A DNA stretch of 64,000 nucleotides, taken from NCBI RefSeq assembly GCF_006345805.1, contig NC_043004.1:22940001-23004000 (forward strand), written 5' to 3'. The position numbers were made by a program, and so were the translations under genes. Source of the DNA: Octopus sinensis (Eukaryota). Position 1 is the stretch's first letter. Each line of letters begins with the position of its first letter. The notes beneath the pieces are model-generated. The model was not told the origin of the DNA, made no database searches, and saw only the letters and a list, made by a program, of their open reading frames with translations. Shown here in pieces: positions 1-13,927 of the stretch.

Positions 1-247
1 TTTACAATGATCATTGCACGACTTTAACTTCTTTGCATTAGTTATTATTCTTTCTTTCAGTTTCTCTCTTACAGCATATAACCATTGACACTTATTTTTG
101 TATAGCACTATACACCATCATTATTTTTTAGTTGTTCGTATTTCAGTCATTTTATTCGGCTCAGGTCTTTTCTCACGTTCTCTCCTACCATGTCCCTACT
201 CTATTACGTATTGTTTCTTCGTTATACCCTGCAGTCTTACTATGGCA

Positions 248-775
<528 letters not shown>

Positions 776-1150
776 GATCAAAAGATAGTCGACAGAGGCA
801 AGACTAGTGATATTAAATGGAACTACTCTCAATATGCTTTTCTAAGCAGGAGGAAAGAAACTGAAAAAGAACACTTTCCCTTACCTTGGAGACAGCAGAG
901 TAATCCGGGAATTCTATTTATTTATTCATTATTTATTTCTCTACTTTCTATTATATATCCTCTGTTACGTCCTTTAATGTGGTAGTATCTTCTCTTGATT
1001 CATGACGACCCCACATGTTTTGTTTTTGTAATTATTTTGATGTGATGTAACTCGTCCTTCGATATTGTCCTCCATGTCTTGGGTCAATGTGGCCAATAAA
1101 AAAATCATTATTACTATTATTATTATCATTATTATTATTATTATATATTA

Positions 1151-1187
<37 letters not shown>

Positions 1188-1769
1188 CATTATTATTATT
1201 ATTATTATTATTATTACTAACGTTACGTAGTAACCAAAAATAGTATTAATAGCCTTAAAAGAACAATGGCATGTTATACACTACATATAGGAAATAGTAG
1301 GTCAAATCAGAAACATTAGTGCGTTTTACAGAACTTGATTTTCTAAGATGCAGACACTTTTTTTCAAGTTGTCACATGATATCAACTGATATAAGAAACG
1401 ATAACAGAAGACATGACTCGTGACATGTAACTCCACTCATTTACTGCATTAACCTAAAATACTGCTATATTAAAGGAACGGTTTTGTGTTTCTTTTTTTG
1501 TTTCTGTTGCTAATTTATTGTACGTTGTCTTTGATTTAATGTGATGTGTATGTTTAGAGAGATGTGCAATGGATACGAAATGAATATAAGAAAAGACGTT
1601 ATTTTTCTGCACAACATTTCGTGATTATTTATAATTGTTGTTCGACATGTTTCTTAACTCTACACAAGTCTGCATACGTTAGTGGATGTATTCGTTTACT
1701 GTACAATCGAGTCTCATACACCGAACATGAACATGCACACACAAACATACAGAGGAAATACATATATAT

Positions 1770-1918
1770 TATTTTGTGGCTGTCTGGTAAGTATCTTGCT
1801 TACATACCATATGGTTCCGCGTTCAGTCCCACTACATGGCAACTTGGGCAAATCTCTCTTCGACCAAAATCTTGTTTGTAGATTTGGTAGACGGAAACTG
1901 AAAAAAACCCGTCGTGTA
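1770..1918 (+). mobile_element. tRNA-like SINE, degraded 5' portion (same family as 50174-50793)
   Basis: gtggctgtctggtaagtatcttgctt...ggttccgcgttcagtcccact...gatttggtagacggaaactgaaa aligns by eye with the copies at 50.2 and 50.5 kb. Confidence 0.75.
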
Positions 1919-2054
1919 TATATATAATATATATATAATATACTATATATATATATATATTATGTATTGTGTGTGTGTGGGTGGTGTGTGTGGTTTGTAG
2001 GTCTTGACAACTGATGTTGTTACGTTTACGGCCCCATAATTTAAACTTAAGTTA

Positions 2055-2089
<35 letters not shown>

Positions 2090-2171
2090 AGAGAGAGAGA
2101 GAGAGAGAGAGAGATGTATGTATAGATTTATGATCAATACATATGTGTGTATACACACACATACAAACACT

Positions 2172-2204
<33 letters not shown>

Positions 2205-2805
2205 CTAGATTACTGCTCACAGCTATGGTCACCCACCAGTGTAAAATTAACAGCAGACCTTGAAGCAATCCAGAGAAGATTCACAAAGAAGATCATCTCT
2301 TTGCAACAGCTCAGCTACTGGGAAGGGTTGAAACAGCTAAGACTCTACTCCCTGGAGAGAAGATAGGAGAGGTATCCAGTAATATATGTCTGGAATATCC
2401 TGGAAGGAATTGTGCCAAATTTTGGCATTGTAAGCTACACCAATGCTAGAATGGGACGACACTGCATAGTGCAAAGATCCCAGCAATGCCATCACGCTCA
2501 GACCAGCTTCTGCAACAGCCTGGGTTTCAAGGGCCCACAGCTTTTTAATATTCTTCCAAAGAGTCTGAGGAACTTGCACAAAGTGGATGTAGCAGTTTTT
2601 TAAATCAAAGCTGGACATCTTCCTGTCAAGAGTCCCAGATGAACATACCTCACGGCAGGAGGTGCAAATGAGAGTAGCTATATCAAACTCCATTCTTCAC
2701 AAGTGCCACATATTAGACGAGTTCGTCGTAATAATAACAGTGTAGTACAAGACTGCGGTGCATCAGCATGGCCGTAGCTCTGAGCTGAAACTAGAAAAAA
2801 AAAAA
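2205..2805 (+). mobile_element. CR1/L2-type LINE, 5'-truncated 3' fragment
   Basis: LDYCSQLWSP...LEAIQRRFTKKI...LKQLRLYSLERR is the post-RT C-terminal region typical of CR1/L2 ORF2. Stops and frameshifts are present; ends gagctgaaactag plus an A run. Homologous to 19070 and 44420. Confidence 0.88.
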
Positions 2806-2833
2806 TATAATATATATATATATATATATATAT

Positions 2834-2887
2834 AAGTGAAAGTAATTAGATTCACTTTTGACCATAGGCTGAAACAGCTGTAAGAAG
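2834..2887 (+). ncRNA. 3' half of a PLE-type hammerhead ribozyme (5' half lost)
   Basis: GAAAC-AGCT-GTA at 2871-2882, preceded by residual hairpin aagtgaa/ttcactt; (TA)n lies where CTGANGA should be. Confidence 0.45.
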
Positions 2888-3249
2888 AAATTTCAGGATT
2901 TCATAAATTTATGATATGACTTTTAAAATCTGTATTTGTATTAGTATCTTATCTATTGATTTATATAGTATTTTGTGTGCTTTTGATGTTCTCATTTGTA
3001 AAATGAATGAATAATCTAACATTATAATATCCGTAAGTTGATGAACAAACAAAATTTGTTTCTCCATTTTCTTATTTGTATTATAAATTTACGTTAAAAA
3101 TGTTTCTTTGCCTTCATCCGTTTAATACAATAAATGAATTAATTGCATTTCAATTAAAAATATTTATGTATTAAAAATTTACCAACAGTATATTGGATAA
3201 ATGATATCCCATAGTGGGTTACACCCATAACACCTATCTTACTTTGTAC

Positions 3250-4272
3250 TATATTTATATATATATTATATATATATACGTATATATATATATAATATTT
3301 ACATATATAATATATTATATATATATAGATATATATATATATATATTTACATATATGTATATACATATATATTTGACATATATATATATTATATATACAA
3401 ATATATATTTACATATATATATTACATAACTTATAATGTACATATATATATATATATATATATATTAGATATATATATTCATATATATGTATATAATATG
3501 TACATATATATTATATATATGTACATAATATATATATGTACATATATATATACATATATATAGATATCAATTTTTTAATGTATATCTGAGTATATTTACC
3601 TGTATATCGCATAATTTCAGGTAAAGAGTTTTAATGTATAACTGAGTATATTTATATGTATATCGTATATCTTCAGGTAAACAGTTTCGTGGGAGCTTTT
3701 CATGATGCTGTTATACTATATGCGTTGGCAATAAATGAGACGCTGGCTGCGAATGAAAGTATTTCGAATGGAACAGCAATTACACGGCGAATGTGGAACC
3801 GAACTTTCGAAGGTAAGTAATATTCTACTAACTCCATATATTAATTTCTCCATTAAATTAAGTTTCCGTCTGATATCCTTTAAGAAATATGTCTTATTTT
3901 GAAAAGAATTTGATAGCTCGTGCCTCCTCCGTCCAAATACTTAAGTATCAAATTCCGTTCATACATATTTATATATGCTTACGCGTGTATATACGAATGG
4001 GTTTATGACTATACATGTTTGGATATATTCGTAGAGTTATGTATAATTTTTACTGCATGGATATAGACATACCAACATACATACAGAGAAACATATATAT
4101 TATATATATATATATATATATATGTATACACATATATATGTATATATACATATATATAATATATATATATATATTTTATAATATTATATATATTATACAC
4201 ATTATATATATACACATATATACAATATATATATACACATATATACATATATATATACACATATATACATAT

Positions 4273-4367
<95 letters not shown>

Positions 4368-4635
4368 AAGAGATTATAGTATGTATATGCATGGCAGCCT
4401 TATAATGCGGACGTAAGTATGTGTTTTTATTTGAGAGAAATAATGTAAAGATTTTGTAATATAGACAGGTACTTGTGAAGTGAAGTTGACGGAGGAAATA
4501 TTCGCAAAAGTGTAGCTGTAGGAGAAGGAAGTTTACTGGAATGAAAGAAAAAATGTGTAATTTTCGATAATTCGAAACTTTTCAATGCTCCTATCGATAA
4601 TGTATTATTGAATACATACATGTATATATGCATAT

Positions 4636-4684
<49 letters not shown>

Positions 4685-4800
4685 TATATGTATATATATA
4701 TATACACATATGTATACATGTAAGTATATATGTGTGCGTGTGTGTATCCACGTATGTAAGTATAAAATATATGTATGTACATACATATATATATATATAC

Positions 4801-4851
<51 letters not shown>

Positions 4852-4868
4852 CATATATATATAATATT

Positions 4869-4916
<48 letters not shown>

Positions 4917-4960
4917 TTATATATATATATATATATATAATATATAATATATATATGTAT
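3250..4960. repeat. Imperfect (TA)n-rich tracts flanking the exon (about 3250-3560, 4080-4370, 4610-4960)
   Basis: Directly visible; source of the YI-repeat ORFs. Confidence 0.9.
3677..3812 (+). CDS. NPR1: Internal coding exon of an atrial natriuretic peptide receptor-like / receptor guanylyl cyclase (extracellular ligand-binding domain)
   Basis: Acceptor cttcAG at 3675-3676 and donor GTaagt at 3813. Open frame VNSFVGAFHDAVILYALAINETLAANESISNGTAITRRMWNRTFE+G (phase 0 to phase 1). It matches the F..AFHDAV.LYA.A.NETL....G..I...MWNRTF.G motif of NPR-A/NPR-B type ectodomains and has four N-glycosylation sequons (NET, NES, NGT, NRT). The symbol is family-level only; the paralog is not resolved. 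Confidence 0.9.
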
Positions 4961-5661
4961 ATGGTTTGTTTTGATTTTTCTATATGCATAAAAGTATATT
5001 TTTAAGTTCAACCGAAATGTATTTTGTATGTTGATGAAACTCAATGAATTAATATTTTCTGCTGTCAAATTCGAGAAGAGATATTCAATTTACCACTATT
5101 TTTATGGCAGGCTATGACATTCATTTTACTAACTTTTTCTTTACCATCTCTTTACAATTTCAAAACGATTCAACTAAACATTCTGATACTGCCTGTTTAA
5201 TATCTACTTGTATCTGACGGATATATATGATAGTGCTCCTTGACATATGTTAATATCTGTGGATATGTTGACGTAGATTGAAACGTAAAGATACTACGAA
5301 ATTCATGGATGCAAATTTTCTATGTTACCGACTACAATTTACACTCTTAGCGTCTAATATTTACTATTTTTCCTTTTCAATATTCCCAAGTCACAAGTTT
5401 CATTGTTTTGCATATTCTACAATATTATTCCAAATATTTGTTCGTTATACAAATTCTTTCTTTTCTGTAATTTGTGTTTCCTTTTTGACTACATATGCAC
5501 AGGCATACCTGTGTGGTGATATGTTTGGTTCCTAAACATACATCTCAGTTGCACCTTGAGAGCAAATGTTTCTATTATCACCCTGAGCAAACCAAACAAC
5601 TTTTGTATGAATTCGTTAGATGGAAAATTAAAGAAGCGTGTCGTATCTCTCTCTCTCTCTC

Positions 5662-5692
<31 letters not shown>

Positions 5693-6689
5693 CACTCTCT
5701 CTCTCTGTGAGTGGTTGTGTGTGTATTTCTGTTTGTGTTTGTTCCTCAGCACCGCTTGACTACCAGTTTAGGTTTCTTCACGCCATCCTTCCTTAGCAGA
5801 ACAGAAAAAGATCCGATAGTAACAAAGTACTATCCAAAGTACCAAATACCAAAGTACCAAAAAGTATGTACTACAGCCGATTCAAATCACTGCCCCATTG
5901 TGGTCACAATCTAGCAACTGAAGCGAGTAAAATATAAAATATATAAAATCTTAGATAGCTAAATTTGAATGCTAGAAAGCTTAGTTTACTAATGCAACTC
6001 AAGCTTCAAATATTAGTTTAAGTTTTAATTCGCTAATGGATATCGTTTGTGTACTTTAAAGAAACCCATGTCAATTAAGTAATGGTTTTGTTTGCGTCAC
6101 ACTCATGAATGACTATTAACATTTATTCAGTTCAAATCCTAGCAAAACTATCATCTATCGCTATCTTGTATATATTTCTGATTAAGAAATGTAATTTTTT
6201 GACTATCACATTTATTATTAACACTGATGACAGTAGTTGCTTTGTGTCGGAGGCTCATGCTGAAGAGAGGCACGTCCGCACGTGACTATGCAAAGTGATC
6301 CTTAAGACTGGAAGTCTTTTCTTCCTTCCTACGTTTAATGGTTTGAAAGTGAGAGTCAGACTGCGCTTTTCCGATACAACTCTTTTTACATTGAGAGGCA
6401 AAGCGGACTACAGTGCTTCAGTGAACTAAGATGGCTAATATGATCAGTTAAATGTCGGTTTACATTGGAGTGGCCTTAAAGGCGAATTGCCCTACAGGCT
6501 TGGAGAATTCCACTGAGAGTTGTCGACTAAAAGTCAAAGACGGCAACGGACCAACTCAGGGGGATCCATTTCTTGATTTGTTATCGAGGTTGACTCCCCA
6601 GTTAATTTTCCTTTCCCAAGCCACCTCAAATAAGAGTTTGTGTTTGAAGTTCCTCCTATAACATGCTAATTAACCTATAGTTGGAGCTC

Positions 6690-6910
6690 TTACAGGCGCT
6701 ACTACTCCGGATCAGAGTGGACCTGGAAACAATTGCAATGAGAACCCTGTTTCGAAATTTCCCCAAGACACCTAATGAAGGTTGGAGGGTACATCAGCCG
6801 AAACTTTGTGCTAATAATAAACAAGATAAGGACAAATATCCGTCGATTGTAAATATCCGTCAAATGTAAATAACGTGCATAATTCCTCATCTCTTAAATA
6901 TAGAACTGTA
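6690..6910 (+). mobile_element. PLE-terminal-repeat-like fragment with decayed hammerhead (6767-6811)
   Basis: acac-CTAATGA-a-ggttg(n10)cagcc-GAAAC-ttt-gtgc; core positions are mutated relative to CTGATGA...GAAAC-GTH. Confidence 0.5.
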
Positions 6911-7029
6911 CACTGTAATCATTGCCGAATTATGGAATGTGATTTTAAGTGACTTGTGGAAACGCATGTAGAGATGCATTAAATGTTGTTAAATCCCATC
7001 CAAGTATCATTATTATTATTATTATTATT

Positions 7030-7328
7030 GAGTGAGAGAGCAGTGCATGCCATCAAAGTGACACTGGGGTAAAATATACGAAGCCCAGTATACCCATCAT
7101 GACTACCCGTCTGATAAGGGTACACTAGGCACATGCATCACAACCATATGTGCGCGACATGGTGATCTCATATCAAAATAAACAGCGCATGATCTTGCAG
7201 GTGGGGCCCAGTTAGAATTTTCTTCATTTCGAGTAACCCATCCCACTCGAACGGTCCCTGAATAAGGGTTGTTTAAGGATGTTGAACGAAACAGAGGTGA
7301 ATTATTCAAACCCCAAAGAATCCCTCTC
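7030..7328 (-). mobile_element. SINE/short retroposon with (AAT)n tail, 5'-truncated
   Basis: The reverse complement aligns with 13232-13540; (ATT)n lies directly outside the 3' end at 7007-7029. Confidence 0.8.
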
Positions 7329-7329
7329 A

Positions 7330-7392
<63 letters not shown>

Positions 7393-7656
7393 CATCATAT
7401 ATACACACACTTACCTACATATTAAATGTAATATAATGTTACAGAGTGTAATCCAAGATAAATCTTGAAATATCAATATACAACTTTATGTTAATATTTA
7501 TAACATATATGATTTATTTCTGCTTCCAATAATTCCTGTTTTCAGAACACAATCCTGTAAAACTCAGTTCATTGTGTAATACAGATTAGAAAAATAATTA
7601 TGACTGTAGGCGTATCTTTCTTCACTCAATCTCTTTCTCTCCCCCTCTCTCTCTCC

Positions 7657-7701
<45 letters not shown>

Positions 7702-8113
7702 TGTATGTTTTTATGTGTGTCCCCCATCTGTGTGTGTCTGCGTATGTGTATATGTGTGTCAGTTGCTGTGTTTGCATATATCCCTGAGAAGCTGAGTGGA
7801 AGCTAAAGAAAACTAGTCAGTCATAAAATATCATCTGACTTCTCTTATGAAATCCTAACACAAAATTATATCCGTGAAACATTACTGACCACAGAATTAA
7901 AATTATGCAATTTTCTTCAAAATTTATGGTTGTACTATTTTCAGAATTACTTGTATAACCATCGTGCTTAATATACAGACATTTTAATTTGATTCCCATT
8001 AAGTAAAGCCGTTAATTCAATCACTACATAATTTAGAAGTGAATTCTCTAGAAAAGTATGTTAAATAACGTAGCTATCTTTTAAAAGGTCTAGGTAAACT
8101 TCATAATATGAAG

Positions 8114-8144
<31 letters not shown>

Positions 8145-8358
8145 CATTATTACTGTTAAAAACTGTAATAATGAGGTGGCTAGCATGAAATCAATTGATA
8201 TTGGGGTATGTAAACTACCTTCAAAATGCATCCAGGAGGTAGGCCTATTTTTTTAAATATTCATTGCATTGCTCGTGTGTGTATTTACCGTAGTATTGGT
8301 TGTTTTTTGAAGCTTTCGATTTCATTTTTTGGCAAGCGGTATTTTTACCCTTCTTTTA

Positions 8359-8389
<31 letters not shown>

Positions 8390-9804
8390 GGAGAGAGAGA
8401 GATGATATAAGTGGTTTAGTTTACTGGTGATCTAAACCACTAGATACGCTGCGTAAGTGCTATAATTGATCATTGTTTGGGTTAGAAGTTCACAGCTGAA
8501 GTTGGAACTAGGGATCCCTACTAGGTTTCCAAGTCCTTTTCCTTTAATATATGGTAATGTATGTGTGAGTGTGTATCTGTATCTATCTGAGTGGGAGGGG
8601 TGAAAAAAAACATTGGTTTCATATCTAGCGTGGACTAGACATATCTTCGGTTGCTCTAAACGATAACTGTTCTCTGCAAAGGACATTTTTTTAAAAAAAC
8701 ACAAGAATGCCGGTGATAGTTTAAGACATATTACTCTGGAAAAATTACATTCGGGCGAGTTGTCTTCCTTCCTTCATTTGATAGCTAGGTTTTCCAGTTT
8801 TGAAGTAAAAATTACCGAAAATATGAACAACCACCTACGGCTTCCCTCCTGGAGTATGGTATTATCCATGTAATTCAAAATGAGTTGATTACAATCACAA
8901 TAAGCAACAAGGATATCCAGGATACTATTGTTGCTTATATATATATATATATGCTGGTTTTAAGGATTTAAAAGTGAATACTAATAATCGATGCATTATT
9001 TGGGACCTCACATAAGTGAGAGAGGCAAGTTCTTTGTAAAGACACCGAGAGGATTTCACGGTAGAAATAGACGTATAAGTAGTCGATAGACTAGTTAAAA
9101 TTAATGCCTAACACTCTTTGATATCACATGATATTGAAATGAGCACACAGACACACACACACATAAATACACATAAACACAAACATGCGACTATATAGTG
9201 GCCTAATATACAACGCGGTAGAATGGCATTCAAAGCAAAGACTATTTATGTTAACCATATACAGTGGTTTTAACCATATACTGTAGTTTCGTCCATAGGA
9301 CTAATCTAAGGTCAGATCTAAGAAGTATACAGCTTAGAAAATGAAGGGCGTTGTTGCTGTTTAAGAAAGCACAGAAACCGTTATTCACATTTTGCCTGTT
9401 GCTTAGTAGCACAGTTTATCATAGGAAAAAGAGTGTGCGATCGGGTCTGTGTTGCTATACTTAATTTCTTACATACAACTACTTCAGGGTGAATACATTT
9501 GTGGTTCTATGTTACTTATACTCCTATATTACTTCTAGCATTTAATAAATTAGCAATAAGTCAACTGATCTCTCTTTCAGCACACCATAATTTGTTCCTT
9601 TATAGCTATAGCTTTTGTGGTGTTTTTATTTTATTTTGGTAAATAAAGATCAATACAGTAAGAAACAAAAGTACCATGTTTTAAGAAAAGAACGTTTTAC
9701 AACCCGGTAATTGAAGGTATCACATTTGTAATTATTTTGTAAAATGTTGCATAATTACTGAATAAATGCGATATAGAATAAGGTAATATTATACAACAGA
9801 TATA

Positions 9805-9950
9805 GGTGGCGAGCTGTCAAAATGTTTAGCATGCTGGTCAAAATGCTTAGCGGCATTTCATCCGTCTTTACGTTCTAGTTGAGTGCAGGGGTGCATGTAA
9901 TCGACCTGTATTCTCCCCTGAAGCTGCTGGCCGTTTGAAACCAATATTAT
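9805..9950 (+). mobile_element. tRNA-like SINE family B, degraded
   Basis: ggtggcgagctg...ttagcatgctgg..aaatgcttagcggcatttcatccgtctttacgttct, homologous to the minus-strand copies at 11.3, 12.0, 14.7 and 17.3 kb. Confidence 0.7.
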
Positions 9951-11309
9951 ACACCGGATATATGATGAATTGAAAATTCTGTAGCTGGTTGGAATAAAAA
10001 AATAAATATTGTATAGAATATGTAAATATTAAAGACTAACCATGTAAGGAACTGTGACATGGTTACAAAATCATAGATCATATGGGAGACTAGAATCAAT
10101 TATATTGGCCGAAAAAATGAAAAATGTATATTGCCCTCAATACCGTAGAATTAGCAGAAATGTTAGAGAGTGCCTGCAATATCTAGTTATTGTCTCTACT
10201 TGTTGAAGAGAAATCCCTCAGAGATCAACTTTTATCCTTACGGATAAACCTATACTCAAATATCTTGGTAGATTTAATTTTCATATATAATATTGTAAAT
10301 GTGAATTGAATTATTATGATACACGCAGTCTAAGGCATCAGCGATACTTTTCTAAGGCATGTAACTCCGAATCGTAAATCATTGTCTGCCACCGCTCAAC
10401 TGATGCTAATAGCCTCTGCACAGAGAGCAAATATACGTAAGGAAATTTACACTTTGCTTCTAAAGTAAGGTGAAATGTGTCCGTTATCACTTAGCATCCA
10501 TTGTTATAATCATTCTAAACATTCTCTATCTTACGAAGACAATGTGTAGTAATGGCCATTCGAAAGTAATTGATGAGATGAGCAAGTATAACAGTTTTCT
10601 TCAGCTTAACAAATATCGTCTGTTACTGCTGATATCACCACATTCTTATTTTCTTCTCTCATTCCTTCGACGTTTAAAACTCTATATTGAATGCATTCAG
10701 CTTATATTATTTGTAAATACGATTACGAAGAAAAAAAAAAAAACAATATTGATAGTGTTTCGATTAAAATGTGAACTAGACACTGGTCAGCAATAAAATT
10801 GTAATTTTCACACGAGTGAACGAGCTTTAATTTTTAACAACAACAAGCATGTCTTACGAAATACAGACTGGTATAAACAAGAGAAGAGATCGTGCTAGAT
10901 GCATTAATACTGTTTTGTTTTGGTGCTTATGATTAGTTCGATAACAGTATTGTTGCTTTAACACCAACCGCGTATAGATCCTGGTTCAAACATATTCTGT
11001 TCCATGCCTTTCATAATTTTTTTCTTTAGATATATTGAATGCACGGGTTCATTATTCACTGTGACCTGTTTAAATATAGAAAGTGCGATTCTGGAGAGGT
11101 TTAGTTTATAATTCTGCTAGGTCATTTCACTGTGTCGGATCTTCCTCAGTGATACGTAAATTATGGTGATTGTGACGGTGGTATAATGGAGTTCATAATC
11201 TTACCCCTCCTCCTCTACATCTTTTAATCCTGTTTTCGCTTATGTTGCTTCGATTCTCTCACCATCACTTACACAACCACATCATCAATAAAACCTACGC
11301 TACAACAAC

Positions 11310-11540
11310 AACAATAAGAATAATAATCCTTTGAACTGTAGGCACAAGTCCTCAAAGTTGGGTAAAAAATTAAGTCGATCACATCGACCCCAGTGCGTAA
11401 ATGGTTCTTATGTAATCGACCCCGAAAGGATGAAAGGCAAAGTCGACCTTGGCGGAATTTGGACTCACTACGTGAAACTGACGATATACCACTAAGCATT
11501 TTTGCCCAGCGTGCTAAGGATTCTGCCATCTTGCTACCTG
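11310..11540 (-). mobile_element. tRNA-like SINE family B
   Basis: atcgaccccgaaaggatgaaaggcaaagtcgacc..ggcggaattt...ctaagcattt..gcccagcgtgctaa core shared by several copies. Confidence 0.8.
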
Positions 11541-11574
11541 AAACTTTAGAAATACACTATAACCCATGTGTATA

Positions 11575-11940
<366 letters not shown>

Positions 11941-11949
11941 TGGCTTCAA

Positions 11950-12125
11950 AGTTTGCAACAAGAGCTGCCATTTTGGGGGAGAGGATGAATCGATTACATC
12001 CGACCCCCGAAAGAATGGAAAGCAAAGTCGATCTCGGCGGAATTTGACTTAGAACATGAAGACAGACGAAACACCGCTAATAATTTCGCCTGGCGTGCTA
12101 AAGATTTTATAAGCTTGTTGCCTTA
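11950..12125 (-). mobile_element. tRNA-like SINE family B
   Basis: cgaccccgaaagaatggaaagcaaagtcgatctcggcggaatttgac core. Confidence 0.75.
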
Positions 12126-12139
12126 ATAATGATAGTAAA

Positions 12140-12960
12140 AATTAAAAGACCAGGAAGCATCAGGGTGATGGCTCAACAAGTGTGACCTAAAAAGGAAGAC
12201 TGAAAGCCTAATCATAGCTGCCCAGTGTTAGGCATTGAATACCAACTCGATGAAAAAGAATATATACCATACGAGTGCAACGGACCTCTTCAGAATGTGT
12301 GGGAAGTGGGAAGAAAACGCGGCTCACATTGTTAGTGCTTGTGAATGTCTTGCGCAAAATGAGTTCCAGCGTAAACACGATAGGTAACCCAAAACCTCCA
12401 CTGGCTACTATACAGTAAGTGTGGATATGAGGTTACAAATGCTTCGTACCAACATACACCGGAGAAAGTAACAGATGATAAGGGGAAGCCAAAAATCCTC
12501 TGGAATTTTGAATTCCAGACAGACAAGGTCTTAGAGAAACGAAGGATGGATATAGTAACCTTTAGGCGGGACAAAGAAGAGTGCCTAATAATAGACGTGT
12601 ATTGCCAGGAGATCAACATATTATCATGAAAGAAAGAAACCTGAGAATTGAGATCGCTAAGACGTGGCGGCTACGGGAATCAGACATAAAGTTTATCTGT
12701 ATTGTCATCAGAGCATTGGGTTCAATACCACCCAATCTGCAAGAAAGAAATCTGAAAACCTTAGAAATACCCAACAATCTAGAGGTAATACAAGAAGTGG
12801 GTATTACTTGGAACTACACGCATATTGCGTAAAATAGTCTCTCTCAGGTCCTCGTTGTCATTTGACATAACAGTACAAATCCCCGGTAGACACAATATCT
12901 TCAATCAACAACCTCACGATATTGTACATTGTGCGACGTCTATTATAGTAATAACGATAA
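12140..12960 (+). mobile_element. R4/Dong-type non-LTR retrotransposon 3' fragment (zinc knuckle plus restriction-like endonuclease)
   Basis: WLNKCDLKRKTESLIIAAQ...RMCGKWEENAAHIVSACECLAQNEFQRKHD...KILWNFEFQTDK...DIV is the CCHC and RLE region of site-specific LINEs; interrupted by stops; ends in a TAA-rich tail. Confidence 0.85.
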
Positions 12961-13049
12961 TAATAATAACAACAGCAACAACAACAGCAGCAGCAATAAT
13001 AATGATGCAGTACCAGACAATGGCTCTCGTGGCTTTTCCTCTTAACTGT

Positions 13050-13551
13050 TATCATTATCAGCATTTTGTCTTGGTATAAAAAATGGGTTACAGCAAATAT
13101 TCTGCTCAATACCACAGATCTGCGTGTCACTTGTTTGACCTTCACTAGTTGAGCATATCCCTTAGTGGCTGATGATATGTGCATCTCTGATCACGAGCAG
13201 AAGTAGTGGGGGAGTATCATAGCTATGTGTTGAGAGGAGTTCTTTGAGGTTTGGATAATTCACATCTGGAAACATGGGTATTTCCTTCAGCATTCTTAAA
13301 CAACTCTTATTTAGGAACCTTTTGAGCGGAATGGGCTACTCGATCTGAAGAAAATTCTCACTGGACACCACCCGCAAGGTTATGTGCTGTTTATCTTGAT
13401 ATGAGATCACACTGTCGTACACATATGGTTGTGATGCATGTACTCGGTGTACCGTTATGAGACGGGTAATCATGATGGATATACTGGGCTTCATATATTT
13501 TACCCGTGTCACTTTGATGGCATGCACCACTCTCTCACTTAATAATAGTAG

Positions 13552-13615
<64 letters not shown>
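13050..13615 (+). mobile_element. SINE/short retroposon with (AAT)n tail
   Basis: Longer copy of the element at 7030-7328, ending ctctctcactt plus (AAT)n. Confidence 0.8.
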
Positions 13616-13617
<2 letters not shown>

Positions 13618-13619
<2 letters not shown>

Positions 13620-13735
13620 GTACTGAAACCTATTTGAAAATTATACCAGGCTTACCATCCCTACAGTAAGTGCAAATAATCGTGTTAACTGGAACGGTTC
13701 ATGTACAGAGAAGAGCATTATCGCTATGAAAACAA
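13618..13735 (+). mobile_element. Short 3' end of R4/Dong-type LINE
   Basis: TETYLKIIPGLPSLQ*VQIIVLTGTVHVQRRAL, similar to the 3' end at 14410-14520. Confidence 0.6.
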
Positions 13736-13895
13736 CATCCATTCATGACTTTATTTATTTATTAATTTTTTGAATACATATTTTACCTGTGAATTCGCAT
13801 GTGTAATCTGGAAATTCATACAATGTGCTTCTCTGCTCAAGGTGTAGGGAAAACACTCGGCGTGAAACGGAAGAAAATTCGAAGAAAGAAGGAAA

Positions 13896-13924
<29 letters not shown>

Positions 13925-13927
<3 letters not shown>

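Noticed and set aside
3920-3965. Possible editing-complementary sequence for the exon
   Set aside because: Only about 8-nt matches to the exon's reverse complement, expected by chance in AT-rich DNA.
6224-6260. Other CTGATGA occurrences (6225, 13169, 31409, 45955; minus strand near 27840)
   Set aside because: No correctly placed stem II plus GAAA plus NUH plus stem I, so not counted as hammerheads.
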